Below, piece after piece: positions 1 to 12,000 of a stretch of DNA of 64,000 bases. The translations under genes and the position numbers were made by a program. Positions within the stretch are counted from its first letter, which is position 1. Every line of letters starts with the position of its first letter. This DNA is from Eledone cirrhosa. Taxonomy: Eukaryota. Where the stretch lies: NCBI GenBank assembly GCA_964016885.1, contig OZ024741.1:21266001-21330000 (forward strand), read 5' to 3'. The notes under the pieces were generated by a model. It was not told where the DNA came from and did not search any database. It worked only from the letters and a program-made list of their open reading frames with translations.

Positions 1-3000
1 TTGTTGGTCATGGGAGCTAATCAGAATGTGAGAAGTTGAGATGGAAGGAACTTTGGTTGGTCATGGGAGCTAATCAGAATGTGAGAAGTTGAGATGGAAG
101 GAACTTTGGTTGGTCATGGGAGCTAATCAGAATGTGAGAAGATGAGATGTAAGGAACTTTGGTTGGTCATGGGAGCTAATTAGAATGTGGGAAGATGAGA
201 TGGAAGGAACTTTGGTTGGTCAGGGGAACTAATCAGAATGTGAGAAGTTGAGATGGAAGGAACTTTTGTTGGTCATGGGAGCCAGTCAGAATGTGAGAAG
301 ATGAGATTGAAGGAACTTTGGTTGGTCATGGGAGCCAGTCAGAATGTGGGAAGATGAGATGGAAGGAACTTTGGTTGGTCATGGGAGCCAGTATGGATGT
401 GAGAAGTTGAGATGGAAGGAACTGTTGTTGGTCATGGGAGCTAATCAGAATGTGAGAAGTTGAGATGGAAGGAACTTTGGTTGGTCATGGGAGCAAATCA
501 GAATGTGAGAAGTTGAGATGGAAGGAACTTTTGTTGGTCATGGGAGCTAATCAGAATGTGAGAAGTTGAGATGGAAGGAACTTTGGTTGGTCATGGGAGC
601 TAATCAGCATGTGAAAAGTTGAGATGGAAGGAACTTTTGTTGGTCATGGGAGCTAATCAGAATGTGAGAAGATGAGATGGAAGGAACTTTGGTTGGTCAT
701 GGGAGCTAATCAGAATGTGAGAAGATGAGATGGAAGGAACTTTGGTTGGTCATGGGAGCTAATCAGAATGTGAGAAGATGAGATGGAAGGAACTTTGGTT
801 GGTCATGGGAGCTAATCAGAATGTGAGAAGTTGAGATGGAAGGAACTTTTGTTGGTCATGGGAGCCAGTCAGAATGTGAGAAGATGAGATGGAAAGAACT
901 TTGGTTGGTCATGGGAGCCAGTCAGAATGTGAGAAGTTGAGATGGAAGGAACTTTGGTTGGTCATGGGAGCTAGTCAGAATGTGAGAAGTTGAGATGGAA
1001 GGAACTTTGGTTGGTCATGCGAGCTAGTCAGAATGTGAGAAGATGAGATGTAAGGAACTTTGGTTGGTCATGGGAGCCAGTCAGAATGTGAGAAGATGAG
1101 ATGGAAGGAACTTTGGTTGGTCATGGGAGCTAGTCAGAATGTGAGAAGATGAGATGGAAGGAACTTTGGATGGTCATGGGAGCTAATCAGAATGTGGGAA
1201 GATGAGATGGAAGGAACTTTGGTTGGTCATGGGAGCTAGTCAGAATGTGAGAAGATGAGATGGAAGGAACTTTGGTTGGTCATGGGAGCCAGTCAGAATG
1301 TGAGAAGTTGAGATGGAAGGAACTTTGGTTGGTCATGGGAGCTAGTCAGAATGTGAGAAGTTGAGATGGAAGGAACTTTGGTTGGTCATGCGAGCTAGTC
1401 AGAATGTGAGAAGATGAGATGGAAGGAACTTTGGATGGTCATGGGAGCTAATCAGAATGTGAGAAGATGAGATGGAAGGAACTTTGGTTGGTCATGGGAG
1501 CTAGTCAGAATGTGAGAAGATGAGATGTAAGGAACTTTGGTTGGTCATGGGAGCCAGTCAGAATGTGAGAAGATGAGATGGAAGGAACTTTTGTTGGTCA
1601 TGGGAGCTAATCAGAATCTGAGAAGATGAGATGGAAGGAACTTTGGTTGGTCATGGGAGCTAATCAGAATGTGAGAAGTTGAGATGGAAGGAACATTTGT
1701 TGGTCATGGGAGCTAATCAGAATGTGAGAAGTTGAGATGGAAGGAACTTTTGTTGGTCATGGGAGCCAGTCAGAATGTGAGAAGATGAGATGGAAGGAAC
1801 TTTGGTAGGTCATGGGAGCAAGTCAGAATGTGAGAAGATGAGATGGAAGGAACTTCGGTTGGTCATGGGAGCCAGTCAGAAGGTGAGAAGATGAGATGGA
1901 AGGAACTTTTGTTGGTCATGGGAGCCAGTCAGAATGTGAGAAGTTGAGATGGAAGGAACTTTGGTTGGTCATGGGAGCCAGTCAGAATGTGAAAAGTTGA
2001 GATGGAAGGAACTTTGGTTGGTCATGCGAGCTAATCAGAATGTGAGAAGTTGAGATGGAAGGAACTTTGGTTGGTCATGGGAGCCAGTCAGAATGTGAGA
2101 AGTTGAGATGGAAGGAACTTTGGTTGGTCATGGGAGCCAGTCAGAAGGTGAGAAGATGAGATGGAAGGAACTTTTGTTGGTCATGGGAGCCAGTCAGAAT
2201 GTGAGAAGTTGAGATGGAAGGAACTTTTGTTGGTCATGGGAGCCAGTCAGAATGTGAGAAGTTGAGATGGGAGGAACTTTGGTTGGTCATGCGAGCTAAT
2301 CAGAATGTGAGAAGTTGAGATGGAAGGAACTTTGGTTGGTCATGCGAGCTAATCAGAATGTGAGAAGTTGAGATGGAAGGAACTTTTGTTGGTCATGGGA
2401 GCCAGTCAGAATGTGAGAAGTTGAGATGGAAGGAACTTTGGTTGGTCATGCGAGCTAATCAGAATGTGAGAAGATGAGATGGAAGGAACTTTGGTTGGTC
2501 ATGGGAGCCAGTCAGAAGGTGAGAAGATGAGATGGAAGGAACTTTTGTTGGTCATGGGAGCCAGTCAGAATGTGAGAAGTTGAGATGGAAGGAACTTGTG
2601 TTGGTCATGGGAGCCAGTCAGAAGGTGAGAAGATGAGATGGAAGGAACTTTTGTTGGTCATGGGAGCCAGTCAGAATGTGAGAAGTTGAGATGGAAGGAA
2701 CTTTGGTTGGTCATGCGAGCTAATCAGAATGTGAGAAGTTGAGATGGAAGGAACTTTGGTTGGTCATGGGAGCCAGTCAGAATGTGAGAAGATGAGATGG
2801 AAGGAACTTTGGTTGGTCATGGGAGCCAGTCAGAATGTGAGAAGTTGAGATGGAAGGAACTTTGGTTGGTCATGGGAGCCAGTCAGAATGTGAGAAGTTG
2901 AGATGGAAGGAACTTTTGTTGGTCATGGGAGCCAGTCAGAATGTGAGAAGATGAGATGGAAGGAACTTTTGTTGGTCATGCGAGCCAGTCAGAATGTGAG

Positions 3001-6000
3001 AAGTTGAGATGGAAGGAACTTGTGTTGGTCATGGGAGCCAGTCAGAAGGTGAGAAGATGAGATGGAAGGAACTTTTGTTGGTCATGGGAGCCAGTCAGAA
3101 TGTGAGAAGATGAGATGGAAGGAACTTTGGTTGGTCATGGGAGCTAGTCAGAATCTGAGAAGATGAGATGGAATGAACTTTGGTTGGTCATGGGAGCTAA
3201 TCAGAATGTGAGAAGATGAGATGGAAGGAACTTTGGTTGGTCATGGGAGCCAGTCAGAATGTGAGAAGATGAGATGGAAGGAACTTTGATTGGTCATGGG
3301 AGCCAGTCAGAATGTGAGAAGATGAGATTGAAGGAACTTTGGTTGGTCATGGGAGCCAGTCAGAATGTGAGAAGTTGAGATGGAAGGAACTTTGGTTGGT
3401 AATGGGAGCCAGTCAGAATGTGAGAAGATGAGATAGAAGGAACTTTGGTTGGTCATGGGAGCTAATCAGAATGTGAGAAGTTGAGATGGAAGGAACTTTG
3501 GTTGGTCATGGGAGCTAATCAGAATGTGAGAAGTTGAGATGGAAGGAACTTTGGTTGGTCATGGGAGCTAGTCAGAATCTGAGAAGATGAGATGGAAGGA
3601 ACTTTGGTTGGTCATGGGAGCTAATCAGAATGTGAGAAGTTGAGATGGAAGGAACTTTTGTTGGTCATGGGAGCCAGTCAGAATGTGAGAAGATGAGATG
3701 GAAGGAACTTTGATTGGTCATGGGAGCCAGTCAGAATGTGAGAAGTTGAGATGGAAGGAACTTTTGTTGGTCATGGGAGCCAGTCAGAATGTGAGAAGAT
3801 GAGATGGAAGGAACTTGTGTTGGTCATGGGAGCCAGTCAGAATGTGAGAAGATGAGATGGAAGGAACTTTGGTTGGTCATGGGAGCCAGTCAGAATGTGA
3901 GAAGTTGAGATGGAAGGAACTTGTGTTGGTCATGGGAGCCAGTCAGAATGTGAGAAGATGAGATGGAAGGAACTTGTGTTGGTCATGGGAGCCAGTCAGA
4001 ATGTGAGAAGATGAGATGGAAGGAACTTTTGTTGGTCATGGGAGCCAGTCAGAATGTGAGAAGATGAGATGGAAGGAACTTTGGTTGGTCATGGGAGCCA
4101 GTCAGAATGTGAGAAGTTGAGATGGAAGGAACTTTTGTTGGTCATGGGAGCTAGTCAGAAAGTGAGAAGATGAGATGTAAAGAACTTTGGTTGGTCATGG
4201 GAGCTAATCAGAATGTGAGAAGTTGAGATGGAAGGAACTTTGGTTGGTCATGCGAGCTAATCAGAATGTGAGAAGTTGAGATGGAAGGAACTTTGGTTGG
4301 TCATGGGAGCCAGTCAGAATGTGAGAAGATGAGATGGAAGGAACTTTGGTTGGTCATGGGAGCCAGTCAGAATGTGAGAAGTTGAGATGGAAGGAACTTT
4401 GGTTGGTCATGGGAGCCAGTCAGAATGTGAGAAGTTGAGATGGAAGGAACTTTTGTTGGTCATGGGAGCCAGTCAGAATGTGAGAAGATGAGATGGAAGG
4501 AACTTTTGTTGGTCATGGGAGCCAGTCAGAATGTGAGAAGTTGAGATGGAAGGAACTTGTGTTGGTCGTGGGAGCCAGTCAGAAGGTGAGAAGATGAGAT
4601 GGAAGGAACTTTTGTTGGTCATGGGAGCCAGTCAGAATGTGAGAAGATGAGATGGAAGGAACTTTGCTTGGTCATGGGAGCCAGTCATAATGTGAGAAGA
4701 TGAGATGGAAGGAACTTTGGTTGGTCATGGGAGCCAGTCAGAATGTGAGAAGTTGAGATGGAAGGAACTTTTGTTGGTCATGGGAGCCAGTCAGAATGTG
4801 AGAAGTTGAGATGGAAGGAACTTTTGTTGGTCATGGGAGCCAGTCAGAATGTGAGAAGTTGAGATGGAAGGAACTTTTGTTGGTCATGGGAGCCAGTCAG
4901 AATGTGAGAAGTTGAGATGGAAGGAACTTGTGTTGGTCATGGGAGCCAGTCAGAATGTGAGAAGATGAGATGGAAGGAACTTTGGTTGGTCATGGGAGCC
5001 AGTCAGAATGTGAGAAGATGAGATGGAAGGAACTTTGGTTGGTCATGGGAGCTAGTCAGAATCTGAGAAGATGAGATGGAATGAACTTTGGTTGGTCATG
5101 GGAGCTAATCAGAATGTGAGAAGATGAGATGGAAGGAACTTTGGTTGGTCATGGGAGCCAGTCAGAATCTGAGAAGATGAGATGGAAGGAACTTTGATTG
5201 GTCATGGGAGCCAGTCAAAATGTGAGAAGATGAGATTGAAGGAACTTTGGTTGGTCATGGGAGCCAGTCAGAATGTGAGAAGTTGAGATGGAAGGAACTT
5301 TGGTTGGTCATGGGAGCCAGTCAGAATGTGAGAAGATGAGATAGAAGGAACTTTGGTTGGTCATGGGAGCTAATCAGAATGTGAGAAGTTGAGATGGAAG
5401 GAACTTTGGTTGGTCATGGGAGCTAATCAGAATGTGAGAAGTTGAGATGGAAGGAACTTTGGTTGGTCATGGGAGCTAGTCAGAATCTGAGAAGATGAGA
5501 TGGAAGGAACTTTGGTTGGTCATGGGAGCTAATCAGAATGTGAGAAGATGAGATGGAAGGAACTTTGGTTGGTCATGGGAGCTAGTCAGAATGTGAGAAG
5601 TTGAGATGGAAGGAACTTTGGTTGGTCATGGGAGCCAGTCAGAATGTGAGAAGTTCAGATGGAAGGAACTTTGGTTGGTCACGGGAGCTAATCAGAATGT
5701 GAGAAGATGAGATGGAAGGAACTTTGGTTGGTCATGGGAGCCAGTCAGAATGTGAGAAGTTGAGATGGAAGGAACTTTTGTTGGTCATGGGAGCCAGTCA
5801 GAATGTGAGAAGTTGAGATGGAAGGAAATTGTGTTGGTCATGGGAGCCAGTCAGAAGGTGAGAAGATGAGATGGAAGGAACTTTTGTTGGTCATGGGAGC
5901 CAGTCAGAATGTGAGAAGATGAGATGGAAGGAACTTTGGTTGGTCATGGGAGCCAGTCAGAATGTGAGAAGATGAGATGGAAGGAACTTTGGTTGGTCAT

Positions 6001-9000
6001 GGGAGCCAGTCAGAATGTGAGAAGTTGAGATGGAAGGAACTTTTGTTGGTCATGGGAGCCAGTCAGAATGTGAGAAGTTGAGATGGAAGGAACTTTTGTT
6101 GGTCATGGGAGCCAGTCAGAATGTGAGAAGTTGAGATGGAAGGAACTTTGGTTGGTCATGGGAGCCAGTCAGAATGTGAGAAGTTGAGATGGAAGGAACT
6201 TTGGTTGGTCATGCGAGCTAATCAGAATGTGAGAAGTTGAGATGGAAGGAACTTTGGTTGGTCATGGGAGCCAGTCAGAATGTGAGAAGTTGAGATGGAA
6301 GGAACTTTGGTTGGTCATGGGAGCCAGTCAGAAGGTGAGAAGATGAGATGGAAGGAACTTTTGTTGGTCATGGGAGCCAGTCAGAATGTGAGAAGTTGAG
6401 ATGGAAGGAACTTTTGTTGGTCATGGGAGCCAGTCAGAATGTGAGAAGTTGAGATGGGAGGAACTTTGGTTGGTCATGCGAGCTAATCAGAATGTGAGAA
6501 GTTGAGATGGAAGGAACTTTGGTTGGTCATGCGAGCTAATCAGAATGTGAGAAGTTGAGATGGAAGGAACTTTTGTTGGTCATGGGAGCCAGTCAGAATG
6601 TGAGAAGTTGAGATGGAAGGAACTTTGGTTGGTCATGCGAGCTAATCAGAATGTGAGAAGATGAGATGGAAGGAACTTTGGTTGGTCATGGGAGCCAGTC
6701 AGAAGGTGAGAAGATGAGATGGAAGGAACTTTTGTTGGTCATGGGAGCCAGTCAGAATGTGAGAAGTTGAGATGGAAGGAACTTGTGTTGGTCATGGGAG
6801 CCAGTCAGAAGGTGAGAAGATGAGATGGAAGGAACTTTTGTTGGTCATGGGAGCCAGTCAGAATGTGAGAAGTTGAGATTGGAGGAACTTTGGTTGGTCA
6901 TGCGAGCTAATCAGAATGTGAGAAGTTGAGATGGAAGGAACTTTGGTTGGTCATGCGAGCTAATCAGAATGTGAGAAGTTGAGATGGAAGGAACTTTGGT
7001 TGGTCATGGGAGCCAGTCAGAATGTGAGAAGATGAGATGGAAGGAACTTTTGTTGGTCATGGGAGCCAGTCAGAATGTGAGAAGTTGAGATGGAAGGAAC
7101 TTTTGTTGGTCATGGGAGCTAATCAGAATGTGAGAAGATGAGATGGAACGAACTTTGGTTGGTCATGGGAGCCAGTCAGAATGTGAGAAGTTGAGATGGA
7201 AGGAACTTTGGTTGGTCATGGGAGCCAGTCAGAATGTGAGAAGATGAGAGGGAAGGAACTTTGGTTGGTCATGGGAGCCAGTCAGAATGTGAGAAGTTGA
7301 GATGGAAGGAACTTTTGTTGGTCATGGGAGCTAATCAGAATGTGAGAAGATGAGATGGAAGGAACTTTGGTTGGTCATGGGAACCAGTCAGAATGTGAGA
7401 AGTTGAGATGGAAGGAACTTTGGTTGGTCGTGGGAGCCAGTCAGAATGTGACAAGATGAGATGGAAGGAACTTTGGTTGGTCATGGGAGCCAGTCAGAAT
7501 GTGAGATGTTGAGATGGAAGGAACTTTTGTTGGTCATGGGAGCCAGTCAGAATGTGAGAAGTTGAGATGGAAGGAACTTTGGTTGGTCATGGGAGCCAGT
7601 CAGAATGTGAGAAGATGAGATGGAAGGAACTTTGGTTGGTCATGGGAGCCAGTCAGAATGTGAGAAGATGAGATGGAAGGAACTTTTGTTGGTCATGGGA
7701 GCTAATCAGAATGTGAGAAGATGAGATGGAAGGAACTTTGGTTGGTCATGGGAGCTAATCAGAATGTGAGAAGATGAGATGGAAGGAACTTTGGTTGGTC
7801 ATGGGAGCTAGTCAGAATATGAGAAGATGAGATGGAAGGAACTTTGGTTGGTCATGGGAGCCAGTCAGAATGTCAGAAGATGAGATGGAAGGAGCTTTGG
7901 TTGGTCATGGGAGCTAGTCAGAATGTGAAAAGATGAGATGGAAGGAACTTTGGTTGGTCATGGGAGCCAGTCAGAATGTGAGAAGATGAGATGGAAGGAA
8001 CTTTGGTTGGTCATGGGAGCTAGTCAGAATGTGAGAAGATGAGATGGAAGGAACTTTGGTTGGTCATGGGAGCCAGTCAGAATGTGAGAAGATGAGATGG
8101 AAGGAACTTTGGTTGGTCATGGGAGCTAGTCAGAATGTGAGAAGATGAGATGGAAGGAACTTTGGATGGTCATGGGAGCTAATCAGAATGTGGGAAAATG
8201 AGATGGAAGGAACTTTGGTTGGTCATGGGAGCTAGTCAGAATGTGAGAAGATGAGATGGAAGGAACTTTGGTTGGTCATGGGAGCCAGTCAGAATGTGAG
8301 AAGTTGAGATGGAAGGAACTTTGGTTGGTCATGGGAGCTAATCAGAATGTGGGAAGTTGAGATGGAAGGAACTTTGGTTGGTCATGGGAGCTAGTCAGAA
8401 TGTGAGAAGTTGAGATGGAAGGAACTTTGGTTGGTCATGCGAGCTAGTCAGAATGTGAGAAGATGAGATGGAAGGAACTTTGGATGGTCATGGGAGCTAA
8501 TCAGAATGTGAGAAGATGAGATGGAAGGAACTTTGGTTGGTCATGGGAGCTAGTCAGAATGTGAGAAGATGAGATGTAAGGAACTTTGGTTGGTCATGGG
8601 AGCCAGTCAGAATGTGAGAAGATGAGATGGAAAGAACTTTTGTTGGTCATGGGAGCTAATCAGAATCTGAGAAGATGAGATGGAAGGAACTTTGGTTGGT
8701 CATGGGAGCTAATCAGAATGTGAGAAGTTGAGATGGAAGGAACTTTTGTTGGTCATGGGAGCTAATCAGAATGTGAGAAGTTGAGATGGAAGGAACTTTT
8801 GTTGGTCATGGGAGCCAGTCAGAATGTGAGAAGATGAGATGGAAGGAACTTTGGTTGGTCATGGGAGCAAGTCAGAATGTGAGAAGATGAGATGGAAGGA
8901 ACTTTTGTTGGTCATGGGAGCCAGTCAGAATGTGAGAAGCTGAGATGGAAGGAACTTTTGTTGGTCATGGGAGCCAGTCAGAATGTGAGAAGTTGAGATG

Positions 9001-12000
9001 GAAGGAACTTTGGTTGGTCATGGGAGCCAGTCAGAATGTGAGAAGTTGAGATGGAAGGAACTTTGGTTGGTCATGCGAGCTAATCAGAATGTGAGAAGTT
9101 GAGATGGAAGGAACTTTGGTTGGTCATGGGAGCCAGTCAGAATGTGAGAAGTTGAGTTGGAAGGAACTTTGGTTGGTCATGGGAGCCAGTCAGAAGGTGA
9201 GAAGATGAGATGGAAGGAACTTTTGTTGGTCATGGGAGCCAGTCAGAATGTGAGAAGTTGAGATGGAAGGAACTTTTGTTGGTCATGGGAGCCAGTCAGA
9301 ATGTGAGAAGTTGAGATGGAAGGAACTTTGGTTGGTCATGCGAGCTAATCAGAATGTGAGAAGTTGAGATGGAAGGAACTTTGGTTGGTCATGCGAGCTA
9401 ATCAGAATGTGAGAAGTTGAGATGGAAGGAACTTTTGTTGGTCATGGGAGCCAGTCAGAATGTGAGAAGTTGAGATGGAAGGAACTTTGGTTGGTCATGC
9501 GAGCTAATCAGAATGTGAGAAGATGAGATGGAAGGAACTTTGGTTGGTCATGGGAGCCAGTCAGAAGGTGAGAAGATGAGATGGAAGGAACTTTTGTTGG
9601 TCATGGGAGCCAGTCAGAATGTGAGAAGTTGAGATGGAAGGAACTTTGGTTGGTCATGGGAGCTAATCAGAATGTGAGAAGATGAGATGGAAGGAACTTT
9701 GGTTGGTCATGGGAGCTAATCAGAATGTGAGAAGATGAGATGGAAGGAACTTTGGTTGGTCATGGGAGCTAATCAGAATGTGAGAAGTTGAGATGGAAGG
9801 AACTTTGGTTGGTCATGGGAGCTAGTCAGAATGTGAGAAGATGAGATGGAAGGAACTTTGGTTGGTCATGGGAGCTAGTCAGAATGTGAAAAGATGAGAT
9901 GGAAGGAACTTTGGTTGGTCATGGGAGCTAGTCAGAATGTGAGAAGATGAGATGGAAGGAACTTTGGTTGGTCATGGGAGCTAGTCAGAATGTGAGAAGA
10001 TGAGATGGAAGGAACTTTGGTTGGTCATGGGAGCTAGTCAGAATGTGAGAAGATGAGATGTAAGGAACTTTGGTTGGTCATGGGAGCTAGTCAGAATGTG
10101 AGAAGATGAGATGGAAGGAACTTTGGTTGGTCATGGGAGCTAGTCAGAATGTGAGAAGATGAGATGTAAGGAACTTTGGTTGGTCATGGGAGCTAATCAG
10201 AATGTGAGAAGATGAGATGGAAGGAACTTTGGTTGGTCATGGGAGCTAATCAGAATGTGAGAAGATGAGATGGAAGGAACTTTGGTTGGTCATGGGAGCT
10301 AGTCAGAATGTGAGAAGATGAGATGGAAGGAACTTTGGTTGGTCATGGGAGCCAGTCAGAATGTGAGAAGATGAGATGGAAGGAACTTTGGTTGGTCATG
10401 GGAGCTAGTCAGAATGTGAGAAGATGAGATGGAAGGAACTTTGGTTGGTCATGGGAGCCAGTCAGAATGTGAGAAGATGAGATGGAAGGAACTTTGGTTG
10501 GTCATGGGAGCTAGTCAGAATGTGAGAAGATGAGATGGAAGGAACTTTGGTTGGTCATGGGAGCCAGTCAGAATGTGAGAAGATGAGATGGAAGGAACTT
10601 TGGTTGGTCATGGGAGCTAGTCAGAATGTGAGAAGATGAGATGGAAGGAACTTTGGATGGTCATGGGAGCTAATCAGAATGTGGGAAGATGAGATGGAAG
10701 GAACTTTGGTTGGTCATGGGAGCTAGTCAGAATGTGAGAAGATGAGATGGAAGGAACTTTGGTTGGTCATGGGAGCCAGTCAGAATGTGAGAAGTTGAGA
10801 TGGAAGGAACTTTGGTTGGTCATGGGAGCTAATCAGAATGTGGGAAGTTGAGATGGAAGGAACTTTGGTTGGTCATGGGAGCTAGTCAGAATGTGAGAAG
10901 TTGAGATGGAAGGAACTTTGGTTGGTCATGCGAGCTAGTCAGAATGTGAGAAGATGAGATGGAAGGAACTTTGGATGGTCATGGGAGCTAATCAGAATGT
11001 GAGAAGATGAGATGGAAGGAACTTTGGTTGGTCATGGGAGCTAGTCAGAATGTGAGAAGATGAGATGTAAGGAACTTTGGTTGGTCATGGGAGCCAGTCA
11101 GAATGTGAGAAGATGAGATGGAAGGAACTTTTGTTGGTCATGGGAGCTAATCAGAATCTGAGAAGATGAGATGGAAGGAACTTTGGTTGGTCATGGGAGC
11201 TAATCAGAATGTGAGAAGTTGAGATGGAAGGAACTTTTGTTAGTCATGGGAGCTAATCAGAATGTGAGAAGTTGAGATGGAAGGAACTTTTGTTGGTCAT
11301 GGGAGCCAGTCAGAATGTGAGAAGATGAGATGGAAGGAACTTTGGTTGGTCATGGGAGCAAGTCAGAATGTGAGAAGATGAGATGGAAGGAACTTCGGTT
11401 GGTCATGGGAGCCAGTCAGAAGGTGAGAAGATGAGATGGAAGGAACTTTTGTTGGTCATGGGAGCCAGTCAGAATGTGAGAAGTTGAGATGGAAGGAACT
11501 TTGGTTGGTCATGGGAGCCAGTCAGAATGTGAGAAGTTGAGATGGAAGGAACTTTGGTTGGTCATGCGAGCTAATCAGAATGTGAGAAGTTGAGATGGAA
11601 GGAACTTTGGTTGGTCATGGGAGCCAGTCAGAATGTGAGAAGTTGAGATGGAAGGAACTTTGGTTGGTCATGGGAGCCAGTCAGAAGGTGAGAAGATGAG
11701 ATGGAAGGAACTTTTGTTGGTCATGGGAGCCAGTCAGAATGTGAGAAGTTGAGATGGAAGGAACTTTTGTTGGTCATGGAAGCCAGTCAGAATGTGAGAA
11801 GTTGAGATGGAAGGAACTTTGGTTGGTCATGCGAGCTAATCAGAATGTGAGAAGTTGAGATGGAAGGAACTTTGGTTGGTCATGCGAGCTAATCAGAATG
11901 TGAGAAGTTGAGATGGAAGGAACTTTTGTTGGTCATGGGAGCCAGTCAGAATGTGAGAAGTTGAGATGGAAGGAACTTTGGTTGGTCATGCGAGCTAATC

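Noticed and set aside
41-50. GGAAGGA or GGAG as Shine-Dalgarno or ETS-like sites
   Set aside because: Such short matches are expected in a purine-rich monomer, and there is no downstream gene.
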